Of a DNA stretch of 60,863 nt, positions 10,797-23,967 are shown in pieces. The DNA is from an uncultured Bacteroidales bacterium. Its GTDB lineage: Bacteria > Bacteroidota > Bacteroidia > Bacteroidales > DTU049. Location of the stretch: NCBI GenBank assembly GCA_964526285.1, contig CAZGIW010000001.1, positions 1-60,863 of the forward strand, read 5' to 3'. A program made the position numbers and the translations under genes. Within the stretch, counting starts at the first letter, position 1. Every line of letters starts with the position of its first letter. The notes beneath the pieces were generated by a model that saw nothing but the letters and a program-made list of their open reading frames with translations, made no database searches and had not been told where the DNA came from.

Positions 10797-11600
10797 ATGA
10801 ATATTTTTAAATTATTTGTTTTCTCTGCCCTTTTTTCATTGTGTATTCAGGGATTTGCTCAAACCGGCAGCATTCAGATTTATTGCAAGCCAGATGTGAA
10901 TATATATATCAACGACAAGCTGGTGGGCAGAACCAGTGGAGAAATGTCGGGGTTGTTTGTGGAAAATATTCCAGCAGGTCAGGTCAGTGTGCGGGCATAC
11001 AAACAGGGATATTCAGCAGAAACAACAATTGTAACAATTGAAGAAGGAAAAATATCAGAATTATATTTTAACATTCAGAAATCCGATTTTCAGAAAGAAA
11101 AGCAAATTGGTATTCAATTGCATTTTGGCACATTTGGGTTGTTTAATGTGAACAATGTGTTTACCAAAGCACAATATTCATTTGGATTTACTCCACATTT
11201 TGATGTGCAAATTCACAATCATTTTGCAGCAGGAATTGAGGTTATGACCATGTGGGGAAAACCAGATACAGAAGATGAGCCCAGACTTATGATACATCCA
11301 AATCTCAGAGTAAAGGCAATGTTTAGTCCGACACCAAAGCTACGAATTGAAATTCTTGTTGCCAGCGGATTTGCATGGTGGCCAGAGAATCAAAACACTG
11401 CCCATCTTACTTCCGGTTTCAATGACAATCGAACAGGATGGGATTTTAGAGCTGCAGCAGGAATTGAATATGTATTGACTGAAAAAACCGCACTGTGTCT
11501 TAATTTCGGTTATTGTGCTTCAAGCAGCACAAATGATAATATCATATGGATAACTCATGATACAATGCTAGTGAGTTTTGGTCCTGTTTTTAATTTCTAG
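10797..11600 (+). CDS. PEGA-like domain plus small outer-membrane beta-barrel protein
   Basis: Signal peptide; PEGA-like VNIYINDKLVGRT...KQGY; amphipathic strands with C-terminal Phe. Confidence 0.7.
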   Translation: MNIFKLFVFSALFSLCIQGFAQTGSIQIYCKPDVNIYINDKLVGRTSGEMSGLFVENIPAGQVSVRAYKQGYSAETTIVTIEEGKISELYFNIQKSDFQKEKQIGIQLHFGTFGLFNVNNVFTKAQYSFGFTPHFDVQIHNHFAAGIEVMTMWGKPDTEDEPRLMIHPNLRVKAMFSPTPKLRIEILVASGFAWWPENQNTAHLTSGFNDNRTGWDFRAAAGIEYVLTEKTALCLNFGYCASSSTNDNIIWITHDTMLVSFGPVFNF

Positions 11601-12690
11601 AAACCCCTTTTTTCTTTTTTTTCTTTTTCTTTTTGTCAATATCAATCAGCACATAGTTCATGTTTCCCATATTTAGTTGGGCTGCATATTCAATCTGATG
11701 TTTGCCCGAAGGGTTGCCTGCTTTCACAAACGCATCATCACATTTACATCGTGAGTCAACCAAATCGTGACTGGCCTGCTCAATTGCAACAATATCAGTT
11801 GAAACAAGAATTCCAATGTCTTCCATAAATGGTTCGGGTGCATGTTTTGAACAATCACACGAACGTGAAATATTAGCAAGCACATTCACATAAATCATTT
11901 TTCTCAGATTCATCATAACATAAGTATATTCCACAAGCCGTTCAAGAAACACATTCCCGTCGGTTGATGCCCAGGGAATTGTAAACGCCTGAACAGGGCA
12001 TTCCCCAATGCATTTTGCGCATCCAATGCATTTTGATTTGTCAATGGTAAGTGGATCAAGGGTAATAGCACCTGCCGGACACTCTCTCACACAAACACCA
12101 CAATTGATGCACTTGTCCGGTTTTGTTCCCGGAATATCTGATGCATGAAGTGCCATTTTTCCTGCTATGGATGCCAGTCCCATGCCCACATTTTTAATGG
12201 CTCCGCCAAACCCGGCACTTCCATGCCCTTTGAAATGAGAAAAAATTACATAGGTGTCATAATCAAAAAAATGTTTGCCAAGAAAAACTTTGTTGTAGTG
12301 TTTTGTGCTGCATTGAACAACCGAATCGCCATCGGAATCCAATATATCAATTGGAGCATAGGTAAAACCATGATCACGGGCAAGCTGAATATGGCTGTCT
12401 GTGTATCTGCGTTTGCTCACATACAAAACATTGGTTTCAACAAATGTTGCCCCAAGCAAAAGCACAAGATCTTTCATTAACAGAGGTGAAAGAAAGTTCT
12501 TATTCCCCTCTTCTCCAAAATGCACTTTAAAGGCTATGTTTCCTTTGGCCTCATCCTGAATATAGGCAAATACTTTCAACAAGCCCTCTGCCGAAATATC
12601 AGAGGTAAAATACACTTTTGAAGGCTCCGCTTTCTGAGCAAAAACGACTAAACTGTAACAAAATACTAAAAAAAGAATAGTTTTTTTCAT
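11590..12690 (-). CDS. DUF362-family protein with 2x[4Fe-4S] ferredoxin domain
   Basis: KVHFGEEGN, SHFKGH and FGGAIKNVGMG motifs; CINCGVCVRECP and CIGCAKCIGECP; poly-Lys tail overlaps the convergent gene. Confidence 0.88.
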   Translation of the reverse strand: MKKTILFLVFCYSLVVFAQKAEPSKVYFTSDISAEGLLKVFAYIQDEAKGNIAFKVHFGEEGNKNFLSPLLMKDLVLLLGATFVETNVLYVSKRRYTDSHIQLARDHGFTYAPIDILDSDGDSVVQCSTKHYNKVFLGKHFFDYDTYVIFSHFKGHGSAGFGGAIKNVGMGLASIAGKMALHASDIPGTKPDKCINCGVCVRECPAGAITLDPLTIDKSKCIGCAKCIGECPVQAFTIPWASTDGNVFLERLVEYTYVMMNLRKMIYVNVLANISRSCDCSKHAPEPFMEDIGILVSTDIVAIEQASHDLVDSRCKCDDAFVKAGNPSGKHQIEYAAQLNMGNMNYVLIDIDKKKKKKKKKGVSRN

Positions 12691-12706
12691 ATTATTTCTG
12701 TTGGAT

Positions 12707-13393
12707 TTATTTTACTGCAATTTTCAATACGTCAATAATCATTTTCAGGGTTTTTACCAAAGTCACACTGCTTGCTTCTCTTTTTCTGAAATGTACAGGA
12801 AATTTCAAAACAACAATGTTGTTCTTTCTGCATTTTTTCAATATTTCAACGTCAAAAGCAAAACCTTGTATATTGAGTGTGCTAAACAAAACAGGGACAA
12901 CATCAGAAGAGAATACTTTGAGTCCACACTGGGTGTCTTTAAAACCCCTCACTGCAAAAGATCTGACAAATAATGAAAAGATACGGCTCCCTGCATTGCG
13001 ATAGAAGGGGGTTTTGTTATAAAATTCTGACTGTTTCAGAGAGCGATCTCCGATGGCAACTTCAGTTTCACCATTGCGAACAGCATAAATCATATCAAGC
13101 ATATTCTGCATTTTGTAAGGAACATCAATGTCGGTAAACACACACACGTTTCCTTTTGCATTCAACATTCCGGTTTGCACTGCAGCACCTTTTCCTTTGT
13201 TGGAATCATGTTGCAAATACTGAAAATTCTGTTTGTTGCAAACCTCCAAAATTCTGCCTTTATCTTCAAAACCATCATTAACAATAAGCACTTGGGCAGG
13301 TTCTTGCAGACCCTGTAGTTCATTGAATAAATAACGCATATCCTTTTCAAAGGAATCATGTATTTTGAAACAAGGAATAATAATGCTAATCAA
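12707..13393 (-). CDS. GT2 family glycosyltransferase (dolichol-phosphate mannosyltransferase-like)
   Basis: ISIIIP, VNDG, NKGKGAAV, FTDID (DxD), DTQCGLK and FAFDVE motifs. Confidence 0.9.
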   Translation of the reverse strand: MISIIIPCFKIHDSFEKDMRYLFNELQGLQEPAQVLIVNDGFEDKGRILEVCNKQNFQYLQHDSNKGKGAAVQTGMLNAKGNVCVFTDIDVPYKMQNMLDMIYAVRNGETEVAIGDRSLKQSEFYNKTPFYRNAGSRIFSLFVRSFAVRGFKDTQCGLKVFSSDVVPVLFSTLNIQGFAFDVEILKKCRKNNIVVLKFPVHFRKREASSVTLVKTLKMIIDVLKIAVK

Positions 13394-13438
13394 AGAAATT
13401 TGTTTAGAGATGCAATATTATTGAATTTTCAGGACATG

Positions 13439-13470
13439 AAAAAAGCCCTGAACATTGCTCAGAGCTTTTT
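13439..13470 (-). terminator. Intrinsic terminator, probably bidirectional
   Basis: AAAAAAGCCCTGA-ACATTGC-TCAGAGCTTTTT hairpin with T-tracts on both strands, about 20 nt after the stop of 13490-13945. Confidence 0.75.
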
Positions 13471-13489
13471 GTTAATTCTTATTCCAAAT

Positions 13490-13945
13490 TTACACCTTGG
13501 AAAAATGTGTAATTGTTTCTGTGGTAACTCCGCCATCAGTATCAGATTCTTTTACCCATAATTCTTTGTTAGTAAGGCGAAGAATTTCTGATTCAACCCA
13601 TTCTCCCCATACTGTAGTATCTGTAATGTCCTGCATTCTCATTGACACATGGGTTTTGTCTGAGTTGAATTTCCACTCAAGATTAACATTGATAGAGAGG
13701 CCTCCAAAAGAATAAATCACTTTTCCTTTTCCATCTTTCATTAGCTCAAATCTTACAGCTCCAAATTCCTCTGTAATTGTTTGTTCAACATTGTTAACAA
13801 TCATTTTATCAATTTTCCAAACACCGGTAATGCGTGATGTTTTGCCAAGAATACTGAAAGAAGGACCTTCTTCGTACTTTCCGCAGCTATTGAGCATAAA
13901 CATGCCAGCCATAACAACTGCCAGTAATAATGTGATTTTTTTCAT
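13490..13945 (-). CDS. Lipocalin-like lipoprotein
   Basis: Lipobox LNSC; ITGVWKI and EILRLTNKELW motifs typical of Bacteroidota lipocalin-like proteins. Confidence 0.8.
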   Translation of the reverse strand: MKKITLLLAVVMAGMFMLNSCGKYEEGPSFSILGKTSRITGVWKIDKMIVNNVEQTITEEFGAVRFELMKDGKGKVIYSFGGLSINVNLEWKFNSDKTHVSMRMQDITDTTVWGEWVESEILRLTNKELWVKESDTDGGVTTETITHFSKV

Positions 13946-14182
13946 AATGCTTTTTTTTAGGTTTATGCAAAATTACATAATTATTTATAAACAGGCTATT
14001 AACTCAGCATTATTTTCTTTCAAAAATGTCTGTCAAAAGCAAAAAAATAAACGTTTGAAAATTACGTCAATACAAATGCTTATGAGGATTCGTGTTTAAG
14101 TGGGAGGTCAGCTTTTTCTTTTTGCCACATTTTTGTGTTTATGCATAAAGTTAGCAATACAAAATCAAAAAAAACTTTTCAA

Positions 14183-16219
<2,037 letters not shown>

Positions 16220-16342
16220 TCATTTTTTCTGAAACAAATGGAATTTTTTATTAACAATTTCAAGGTTTCCTGCAAATAATTATTAATCTCTTCTCATTAA
16301 AAATAAATATGTTAATTTTATATCCGATTTTGGAAAAACAAT

Positions 16343-19300
16343 ATGGCTTCTTTGAAAAAGTATTTAAGATTTTTTATACCTGCAACACTGGCAATTTTGC
16401 TCTGGATTTTGTCATGGGGCCTCGCTCGTATCAATATGTCTGAGCCAAACTATATCAGTTTATCTGAAAGTATTTCAGACAAATTTATAAAGAAAGAGAA
16501 AACGTTAATTCAGGTTGTTGATGAGCTTTCTGTTAGTGAAGATGTTTTTTCCAATTTCAACGCAATCATACATACACTATCAAACAATGAAACAAGACAA
16601 ACACAACTTGCTTTTTTTGTTTTTGACAATAAGGAATTGCTTTTATGGTCTAGTAACATTATACCTATTGATGGTTTTGAGGAACAGATACTCCGTTCCA
16701 ATCAACAGCTGATTAAACTAAGCAATGGTTATTATTACTGTGTTACCAGAGAATCCGGAGAGTTGACAATCGCAGGATTGCTCCCCGTTTTTTATCAGTA
16801 TCCCTATGAAAACAGATATCTGAAAAACGGCTATGCTTCTTTTTTTGGAAAAACAAACAACTTGTTTCTTGGAAATTCAGCTGACAGCGGGTTTGCAATT
16901 TTGAATATCAACGGAGACTATATTTTTTCTGTTGAGACTGATTCTGAGGCTTCCCGCAACACAGTTCCTTTTATCTGGATTTTTCTATTTTTTCTCGGAT
17001 CGGTTACCTTTTTCTTCATCTTTCTTTCCCGGGTTTTGTTCAAAAAGCAAAACAGTCCCTTGTTTGTGATTCCTGTAATGGTTTTGCTGGTGCTTATTCT
17101 CCGGTATCTTCAGATACGATTTTTCTTTCCATGGTTTTTATATTCAGATGCCCTGTTTAGTCCTGTCCACTATGCATGGAATATTTGGTTTGCATCATTG
17201 GGTGATTTGCTGGCTCATGCTTATTGTTTTCTGTTTTTGAGCATATTTTTCTATACAACATATAACAACAAAGCCCGGTATGTTCGTTTTTCTCTCCGCA
17301 GAATTGTTTTGCTTATATTTTTATCTGTTGTTTTATTATTTCTGTTTATCGGAACAAATGTAATTGTTGAAACTCTTATTATTAATTCAACTCTTTTATT
17401 AAGTTTTGATGATATCCTTAAATTAAAGTTTGTTGATTTTTCTGGACTACTTATTGTGATTCTCACACCTGTTGCTTTTGTTTATTTTTCTACAGTCTTT
17501 TTTCAATTAATAAGAAAAAACCTCAAAATTCGTAAAGAGATTTTTACAATACTCTTTGTAACAATTATTTTGTTTTCAATTTTTGCTTTGATATTTTCAA
17601 AGTATTGGATACAGATTGTTTTATTTATATTCTTTTTTATTGTTGTTGTTGGATTGAAAAGGCGATTTTTTAAGATTTCTGGAGCATTTGGCATTATTTC
17701 TTTGCTGTTGTTTACATTTAGTTTTGGACAATTAATGAATAAAGTGAACAAGGAAAAAGAACATAGTTTTAGAAATCTTTATGCCATTCAGTTATCCAGC
17801 GAGCAGGACCCCATAGGTGAATATTTGTTTGAGGAAGTTGCCGGAAGAATTGTGAATGACCAAAATCTTGCTGACGGTCTTTCTTTTTCTGAAGAGCCTC
17901 AGGTTTTTGCAGAAGAGTATTTGAGAAGGTATTATCTGGGTGGTTACTTTTCAAAATACCACATCCAGGTCACCCTTTGCAAACCACGAGATTATCTTTT
18001 TCTTGTTCACTCAGAATTAGAAGTGCCCTGTGCTGATTTTTTTTCCTCTTTAAAGATGAACTTCGGAACACCCACAATGGTTCCTGACTACTGGCTTATT
18101 GATGATTCAACAGGAAGACCTAATTATTTATATGAAACACGATTTGAAAACACGCATTCAAAAGGCACAGATACCATATTCATGTTTCTTGAAATGATTG
18201 CAATTCCAAAAATTAATGTCGTTGGATATCCCGAATTGCTTGTGGAAGAAAAAATAATAAGAAAAACACGTCGCTTTGATTATACTTATGCCAAATACTT
18301 CAACAGAGAGCTTATCAGCCAGTATGGTGATTATCATTATTCTCTGATTTTAGGAGAGCATATGAACAAACATGACATTACTTTTTTATCACACGAAGAT
18401 TATTCTCATATGATATATCCGGTTGATGCATACAGAACCATTGTGGTGAGCATCCCTGAAAAGAAATTGTTTGAAAATGCAGCTACTTTTTCATATTTGC
18501 TTTTACTATTTGCTGTTTTTCATTATTTGTTTTTTCTTTTTACAAACCTTATTCAAAGAGAGCCTCTTCTCTCTTTGTTTGCTTTCAAAACACGTCTGCA
18601 ATCGGCCAGTATTTTTCTTGTTATTCTTAGTTTTATTGTGGCAGGGGTTATCACTGTCAACTTTTTTATCAAGTACCACAACAACAAGAACAGGGAAATA
18701 ATGAGGGAAAAATCTTACTCACTGCTGGTTGAACTTGAACATAAGTTGCGCAATTATGAATCTTTAGGGCATGATGATACTGAGTATCTCAATGAGTTGA
18801 TGGCAAAATTTTCAAATGTTTTTTTTACAGATATTAATCTTTTTTCAACTTCAGGGCGTCTTATTGCCACATCACGTCCACAGGTGTATCAGCAAGGGCT
18901 TATTTCCAGCTATATTAACCCGGGGGCTCTTTCCTCTCTTAAAGAAAGTAACACTCCTTATCTGATGCAAAATGAATCAATTGGAAAATTAAACTACACG
19001 TCTTCTTACCTTCCTTTTAAAAATTTCAGGGGCGATGTCATTGCTTATCTCAATCTTCCGTATTTTGCAAGAGAAAATGAGTTGAAAACTGAAATTTCTT
19101 CATTCCTTATTGCTTTCATCAATTTCTATGTATTTCTCATTGCACTTGCAATTATTATTGCACTTGTCATTGCAAATTATATTACCCTTCCTCTTCGAAT
19201 TATCGGCGAAAAGCTGAGAACACTCAAACCAGGCAAGCCCAACGAAAAAATTCAATGGAACAAACAAGATGATATTGGAATTCTCATAAGCGAATACAAT

Positions 19301-20032
19301 CGAATGGTTGACGAACTCTCAGATAGCACAAGATTGCTTATGAAAACAGAACGTGAATCTGCATGGAGAGAAATGGCAAAACAAATTGCCCACGAAATCA
19401 AAAACCCCCTTACTCCCATGAAGCTAAGTCTTCAAAATCTGCAAAGAGCTTGGGAAGACAAAGCCCCCGATTATGAACAACGGCTGAAACGGACATCTCA
19501 AACGCTCATTGAGCAAATTGATGCTTTATCAAATATTGCATCCGCTTTTGCCAATTTTGCCAATTTGCAGGAAGCAAAATTCTATCCCGTAAATTTGGTT
19601 CCCATTATGAAGGATATAGTTCACCTGAATGAAAATAACCTGATACATTTTGATTTAAAATACAATGATGCATTGTCATATGTCGTTCTTGGAGATGATA
19701 CTCAGATTATTCAAATTATGAATAACCTTATAAAAAATGCTGTTCAGTCAATTCCCCCAAGAGACGCAGGAGATATTGAAATATCTCTTGAAAAAGCCGG
19801 AGGAAAAATATTTATTAGTATTAAAGATAATGGCTGTGGAATTTCTGAAGATATTAAGGAAAAAATCTTCTCTCCAAACTTTACATCTAAATCAGGAGGC
19901 ACCGGTTTGGGGCTTGCAATCACAAAAAAACTCACTGACAGTATGAACGGCTCCATCTCCTTTGTGTCTGAGGTGAACAAGGGAAGTGTGTTTTATCTCA
20001 GTTTTCCTGAATTCTGTGATCAAGACACATAA
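16343..20032 (+). CDS. Large multi-TM NtrY-like sensor histidine kinase (HAMP-HisKA-HATPase)
   Basis: Many TM segments; AWREMAKQIAHEIKNPLTP H-box, NLIKNAVQ, DNGCGI, GTGLGL; no adjacent regulator. Confidence 0.92.
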   Translation: MASLKKYLRFFIPATLAILLWILSWGLARINMSEPNYISLSESISDKFIKKEKTLIQVVDELSVSEDVFSNFNAIIHTLSNNETRQTQLAFFVFDNKELLLWSSNIIPIDGFEEQILRSNQQLIKLSNGYYYCVTRESGELTIAGLLPVFYQYPYENRYLKNGYASFFGKTNNLFLGNSADSGFAILNINGDYIFSVETDSEASRNTVPFIWIFLFFLGSVTFFFIFLSRVLFKKQNSPLFVIPVMVLLVLILRYLQIRFFFPWFLYSDALFSPVHYAWNIWFASLGDLLAHAYCFLFLSIFFYTTYNNKARYVRFSLRRIVLLIFLSVVLLFLFIGTNVIVETLIINSTLLLSFDDILKLKFVDFSGLLIVILTPVAFVYFSTVFFQLIRKNLKIRKEIFTILFVTIILFSIFALIFSKYWIQIVLFIFFFIVVVGLKRRFFKISGAFGIISLLLFTFSFGQLMNKVNKEKEHSFRNLYAIQLSSEQDPIGEYLFEEVAGRIVNDQNLADGLSFSEEPQVFAEEYLRRYYLGGYFSKYHIQVTLCKPRDYLFLVHSELEVPCADFFSSLKMNFGTPTMVPDYWLIDDSTGRPNYLYETRFENTHSKGTDTIFMFLEMIAIPKINVVGYPELLVEEKIIRKTRRFDYTYAKYFNRELISQYGDYHYSLILGEHMNKHDITFLSHEDYSHMIYPVDAYRTIVVSIPEKKLFENAATFSYLLLLFAVFHYLFFLFTNLIQREPLLSLFAFKTRLQSASIFLVILSFIVAGVITVNFFIKYHNNKNREIMREKSYSLLVELEHKLRNYESLGHDDTEYLNELMAKFSNVFFTDINLFSTSGRLIATSRPQVYQQGLISSYINPGALSSLKESNTPYLMQNESIGKLNYTSSYLPFKNFRGDVIAYLNLPYFARENELKTEISSFLIAFINFYVFLIALAIIIALVIANYITLPLRIIGEKLRTLKPGKPNEKIQWNKQDDIGILISEYNRMVDELSDSTRLLMKTERESAWREMAKQIAHEIKNPLTPMKLSLQNLQRAWEDKAPDYEQRLKRTSQTLIEQIDALSNIASAFANFANLQEAKFYPVNLVPIMKDIVHLNENNLIHFDLKYNDALSYVVLGDDTQIIQIMNNLIKNAVQSIPPRDAGDIEISLEKAGGKIFISIKDNGCGISEDIKEKIFSPNFTSKSGGTGLGLAITKKLTDSMNGSISFVSEVNKGSVFYLSFPEFCDQDT

Positions 20033-20127
20033 AACTTCATGAATAAAACTCAATTGTTTTGGCAACGTCAAATTATGTCAGTGTAATATTGTATTTTAGC
20101 ATTTTGTTTTAAAAATCTTTTTATCCT

Positions 20128-21747
20128 ATGGAAACCATCTATCTTATTATTGCCATTATTGCCGGAATTGCCATTGGGTTTGCGGCAGGATTTGTGTTTG
20201 CACGCCTTACAGCTGGCAAAGAAAATGTGTCACGAAAAAACTTCGACTCACTGCAAAAAGATTTTGAGTCTGAAAAGGTTAAGTTGCAGGTAGCAGAACA
20301 AGAACATCTAAGACTTCAAACTGAAATAAAAGAAAAACAAAATCGTATTGATGATTTCAACCTGCAACTTCAAAATCTGGCAGCCGAAGCAGCAACACTG
20401 AAAACAAAATGCGATATCGCCATTGATACTGCAAAAAATACTGAACAGAAACTCATTCAGACAAATGAAAAAACAGAAGCAATTCAGCAACAGTATTTTT
20501 CCATTCAAAAGGAAAAGTCACAGCTGACAGCAAGTCTGGACTCTGTGCAATCCAGAAACACTGAACTCCTGAAAGAAACAGAAAAACTGAAACAACAATT
20601 TCAGGAACAAAACAGTATGCTCACAAAAACCAAAGAATCTCTGATGTCATTTCAGGAACAAAATAAAAACCTTCAGGAAAAACTCAATACTCAAAAAGAA
20701 GAACTGGAAAACATCGGACAAAAATTCACCAAAGAATTTCAGATTCTTGCTGATCAGATTCTGGAACAAAAAAGCATCAAATTTGCTGAGCAAAATCAGG
20801 CCAACCTAAAAACCATCCTTGATCCTCTTGGCAAAAACATTGAAGAATTCAAAAGAAAAGTTGAAGAAACATATGATAAAGAATCAAAAGAGCGTTTTTC
20901 TCTGGCTGAAAAAGTGAAAGAACTATCCGACCTGAATCAAAAAATTAGCCAGGAAGCACAAAACCTTACACAGGCTTTAAAGGGTTCTGTTAAACAACAA
21001 GGAAATTGGGGAGAGATGCTACTGGAAAGTATATTGCAAAACTCCGGATTGAGACGGGATTACGAATATGTGGTGCAATCATTCATCAGAGATACGGCCG
21101 GAGAAACTATCAAAGATGAAGAAGGCCGAAAACTACAACCTGATGTGATTGTTAATCTTCCAGACGACCGACAAATTGTAATTGATTCAAAAGTGTCACT
21201 TGTTGCCTATGACAGATATGTGGCAGCTACAGACAAGCAACAGCAAACCATTGCTTTGGCAGAGCATGTGAAATCAATCAAAGCACATATAGATGGCTTA
21301 AGCTCAAAGAATTATCAGACACATGTAAAATCTCTGGATTTTGTAATGCTATTTGTGCCTCTTGAACCTGCCTACATAATTGCCATGCAACATGATACCG
21401 GCTTGTGGGAATACGCCTATAAAAAGAGAATCTTACTCATAAGTCCCACCAATCTCATCGCTGCCCTGAAGCTGGTTGCAGATTTGTGGCAAAGGGAACA
21501 GCAAAACAAAAATGCAATGAAGATTGCTGAACGTGGAGCTCAATTATATGAAAAATTTGTCGGTTTTGTGGAAAGTCTCGAAGATATCGGTAAAAAAATT
21601 GAAGGAGCAAACAAAAGTTATGAGCAAGCCATGAGTCAACTGAGCACTGGCAGGGGAAATCTTATAAGGCAGGTGGAAATGCTGAACGAACTGGGAGTAA
21701 AAGCCCAAAAGGCAATTCCTCCGCATTTGCTGGATGACGAGGAATAG
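20128..21747 (+). CDS. rmuC: DNA recombination protein RmuC
   Basis: N-terminal TM and long coiled coil; QGNWGEMLLE, PDVIV..IVIDSKVSL and FVMLFVP motifs. Confidence 0.93.
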   Translation: METIYLIIAIIAGIAIGFAAGFVFARLTAGKENVSRKNFDSLQKDFESEKVKLQVAEQEHLRLQTEIKEKQNRIDDFNLQLQNLAAEAATLKTKCDIAIDTAKNTEQKLIQTNEKTEAIQQQYFSIQKEKSQLTASLDSVQSRNTELLKETEKLKQQFQEQNSMLTKTKESLMSFQEQNKNLQEKLNTQKEELENIGQKFTKEFQILADQILEQKSIKFAEQNQANLKTILDPLGKNIEEFKRKVEETYDKESKERFSLAEKVKELSDLNQKISQEAQNLTQALKGSVKQQGNWGEMLLESILQNSGLRRDYEYVVQSFIRDTAGETIKDEEGRKLQPDVIVNLPDDRQIVIDSKVSLVAYDRYVAATDKQQQTIALAEHVKSIKAHIDGLSSKNYQTHVKSLDFVMLFVPLEPAYIIAMQHDTGLWEYAYKKRILLISPTNLIAALKLVADLWQREQQNKNAMKIAERGAQLYEKFVGFVESLEDIGKKIEGANKSYEQAMSQLSTGRGNLIRQVEMLNELGVKAQKAIPPHLLDDEE

Positions 21748-21762
21748 GAAACATCCGAAAAT

Positions 21763-23454
21763 CTATCCCTTATTCTGCAGTTTTACCCAGGAATCTTTCA
21801 GGGTTACAATTCTGTTGAATACAGGATTTTCCTTTGTATGGTCGTCATCTGTTATAAAATAACCAAGTCTTTCAAACTGGCACCTGAATTCTTTGCATGC
21901 AGCATCAACAAGTGCAGGTTCGCAATAGGCTGTCGTTGTTTTAAATGAATCAGGATTGATGTTTTGCACAAAATCTCCGCCCTCTTCCACATCTTCAGGA
22001 TTTTCATTGACAAACAGCCTGTCGTATAGTCTTACCTCTGCCTGCCTGGCATGGTCTGCGCTCACCCAGTGAATGGTTCCTTTCACTTTTCGTCCGTCTG
22101 GACTATTGCCGCCTCTGCTATCAGGATCATAAGTACAGTGCACCTCAACTACATCCCCATTATCATCCTTAATCACATCGGTGCACTTGATAAAATATGC
22201 ATATCGAAGTCTTACCTCCTGCCCTGGAGTAAGTCTGAAATATTTTGGTGGTGCTTCTTCCATAAAATCATCCTGTTCAATAAACAGTACTTTTGTAAAG
22301 GGTAATTTTCTGCTTCCGTGTTCAGGAAACTCAGGATTGTTGATTGCTTCAAGCTCTTCTGTTTGTCCTTCCGGATAATTTGTTATGACAATTTTTAGCG
22401 GATTGAGCACAGCCAGATAGCGGTCAGCAGTTTTATTCAGTTCTTCCCTTAAATAAAATTCAAGCAGTGACAAATCAATGGTGTTGTCTCTTTTTGCCAC
22501 ACCAACTTTTTCGGCAAATGTTCTGATTGAAGAAGGTGTATAGCCCCTGCGTCTTAATCCGCAAATTGTTGGCATACGAGGATCGTCCCATCCGGAAACA
22601 AAACCTTCTTTTACCAGTCGTAGCAGCTTCCTTTTGCTCATCACTGTGTAGGTCAGATTCAGGCGTGCAAACTCAATTTGCCGGGGATAGAAAATTTCAA
22701 GTGCTTCAATAAACCAATTGTAGAGCGGTCTGTGAATTTCAAACTCCAGTGTACATATTGAATGAGAAATCTCTTCTATTGAATCACTCTGTCCATGAGC
22801 ATAATCATAGGTGGGATAAATGCACCACTGTGTTCCTGTTCTGTGATGTGGTGTATAGTTAATTCTGTAAAGCACAGGGTCGCGCATGAGCATATTGGGA
22901 TGTGCCATGTCAATTTTTGCGCGTAATGTACATTCTCCAACTTTAAATTCTCCTTTGCGCATACGCTCAAACAAATCAAAATTTTCCTCTACTGAACGAT
23001 TTCGATAAGGACTGTTTTCTCCGGGTGAAGTTACTGTTCCTCTTGTTTTACTTACATCTTCAGCAGAAAGATGACACACATATGCTTTGTCTTTTTTTAT
23101 AAGTAGTACAGCCCAATCATACAGCTGCTGAAAATAATCTGAAGCATAATACAAACGATTATCCCAGTCAAAACCCAGCCAACGAACATCTTTCATAATT
23201 CCATCAACATAGATGGTGTCTTCTGTCTCAGGATTTGTATCATCAAAGCGCAGATTTGTTAAACCCCCATATTTTTTTCCAAGTCCAAAATTCAAACAAA
23301 TAGATTTTGCATGGCCGATATGCAAAAATCCGTTGGGTTCAGGGGGAAAACGAGTATGAACTTTATTATATCGTCCCGAAGACAGGTCCTCGTCAATTAT
23401 TTGTTCAATAAAATTTTTAACGGGTTTGTTCTCTTCTGTATTGTTTGTAGTCAT
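21763..23454 (-). CDS. glnS: Glutamine--tRNA ligase
   Basis: [15 protein letters not shown] (HIGH), [21 protein letters not shown]; ATG 23454 downstream of TAATTTTG at 23482-23489. Confidence 0.97.
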   Translation of the reverse strand: MTTNNTEENKPVKNFIEQIIDEDLSSGRYNKVHTRFPPEPNGFLHIGHAKSICLNFGLGKKYGGLTNLRFDDTNPETEDTIYVDGIMKDVRWLGFDWDNRLYYASDYFQQLYDWAVLLIKKDKAYVCHLSAEDVSKTRGTVTSPGENSPYRNRSVEENFDLFERMRKGEFKVGECTLRAKIDMAHPNMLMRDPVLYRINYTPHHRTGTQWCIYPTYDYAHGQSDSIEEISHSICTLEFEIHRPLYNWFIEALEIFYPRQIEFARLNLTYTVMSKRKLLRLVKEGFVSGWDDPRMPTICGLRRRGYTPSSIRTFAEKVGVAKRDNTIDLSLLEFYLREELNKTADRYLAVLNPLKIVITNYPEGQTEELEAINNPEFPEHGSRKLPFTKVLFIEQDDFMEEAPPKYFRLTPGQEVRLRYAYFIKCTDVIKDDNGDVVEVHCTYDPDSRGGNSPDGRKVKGTIHWVSADHARQAEVRLYDRLFVNENPEDVEEGGDFVQNINPDSFKTTTAYCEPALVDAACKEFRCQFERLGYFITDDDHTKENPVFNRIVTLKDSWVKLQNKG

Positions 23455-23560
23455 AAGCTGAAAGCTATTAAAAAATTCATGCAAAATTACGAATTCCCAA
23501 CGAAACGAAAGAGTTATAATTGAGGAAAAAAACTGTATTTTTGCAACTCAACTAAAACAT

Positions 23561-23899
23561 ATGATTTCAATTGAAGGAATGGAGTTTTATGCCTTTCATG
23601 GGTGTACTCCGGAAGAAAAGAAAACAGGCATCCACTTCCATGTTGATGTGCACATTGTCTGTGATTTGAGCATACCAGCCCAATCTGACAATATCAGTGA
23701 TGCCATCAATTATCAAAATGTCTATACTTTGGTTGCAGAACAAATGCAACAAACTTCAAGTCTTATTGAACATGTGGCTCTGCGAATCAGAAATGTCATT
23801 GTTGAAACATTTCCTGAAGCTGAAAACGTGAGTGTACGTGTTTCAAAAATGAACCCACCGCTGGGTGGAAAGGTGCAGAAAGTTTCAGTGGTTTTATAA
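23561..23899 (+). CDS. folB: Dihydroneopterin aldolase
   Basis: FYAFHGC..EE, SDNISDAINY, LIEHVA and VSKMNPP motifs. Confidence 0.95.
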   Translation: MISIEGMEFYAFHGCTPEEKKTGIHFHVDVHIVCDLSIPAQSDNISDAINYQNVYTLVAEQMQQTSSLIEHVALRIRNVIVETFPEAENVSVRVSKMNPPLGGKVQKVSVVL

Positions 23900-23967
23900 A
23901 TTCTTTTTCCAAAAGAACTTTTTAAAAAAAATGGTATATTTGTTGTGCCATATTTAATTCATTTACA

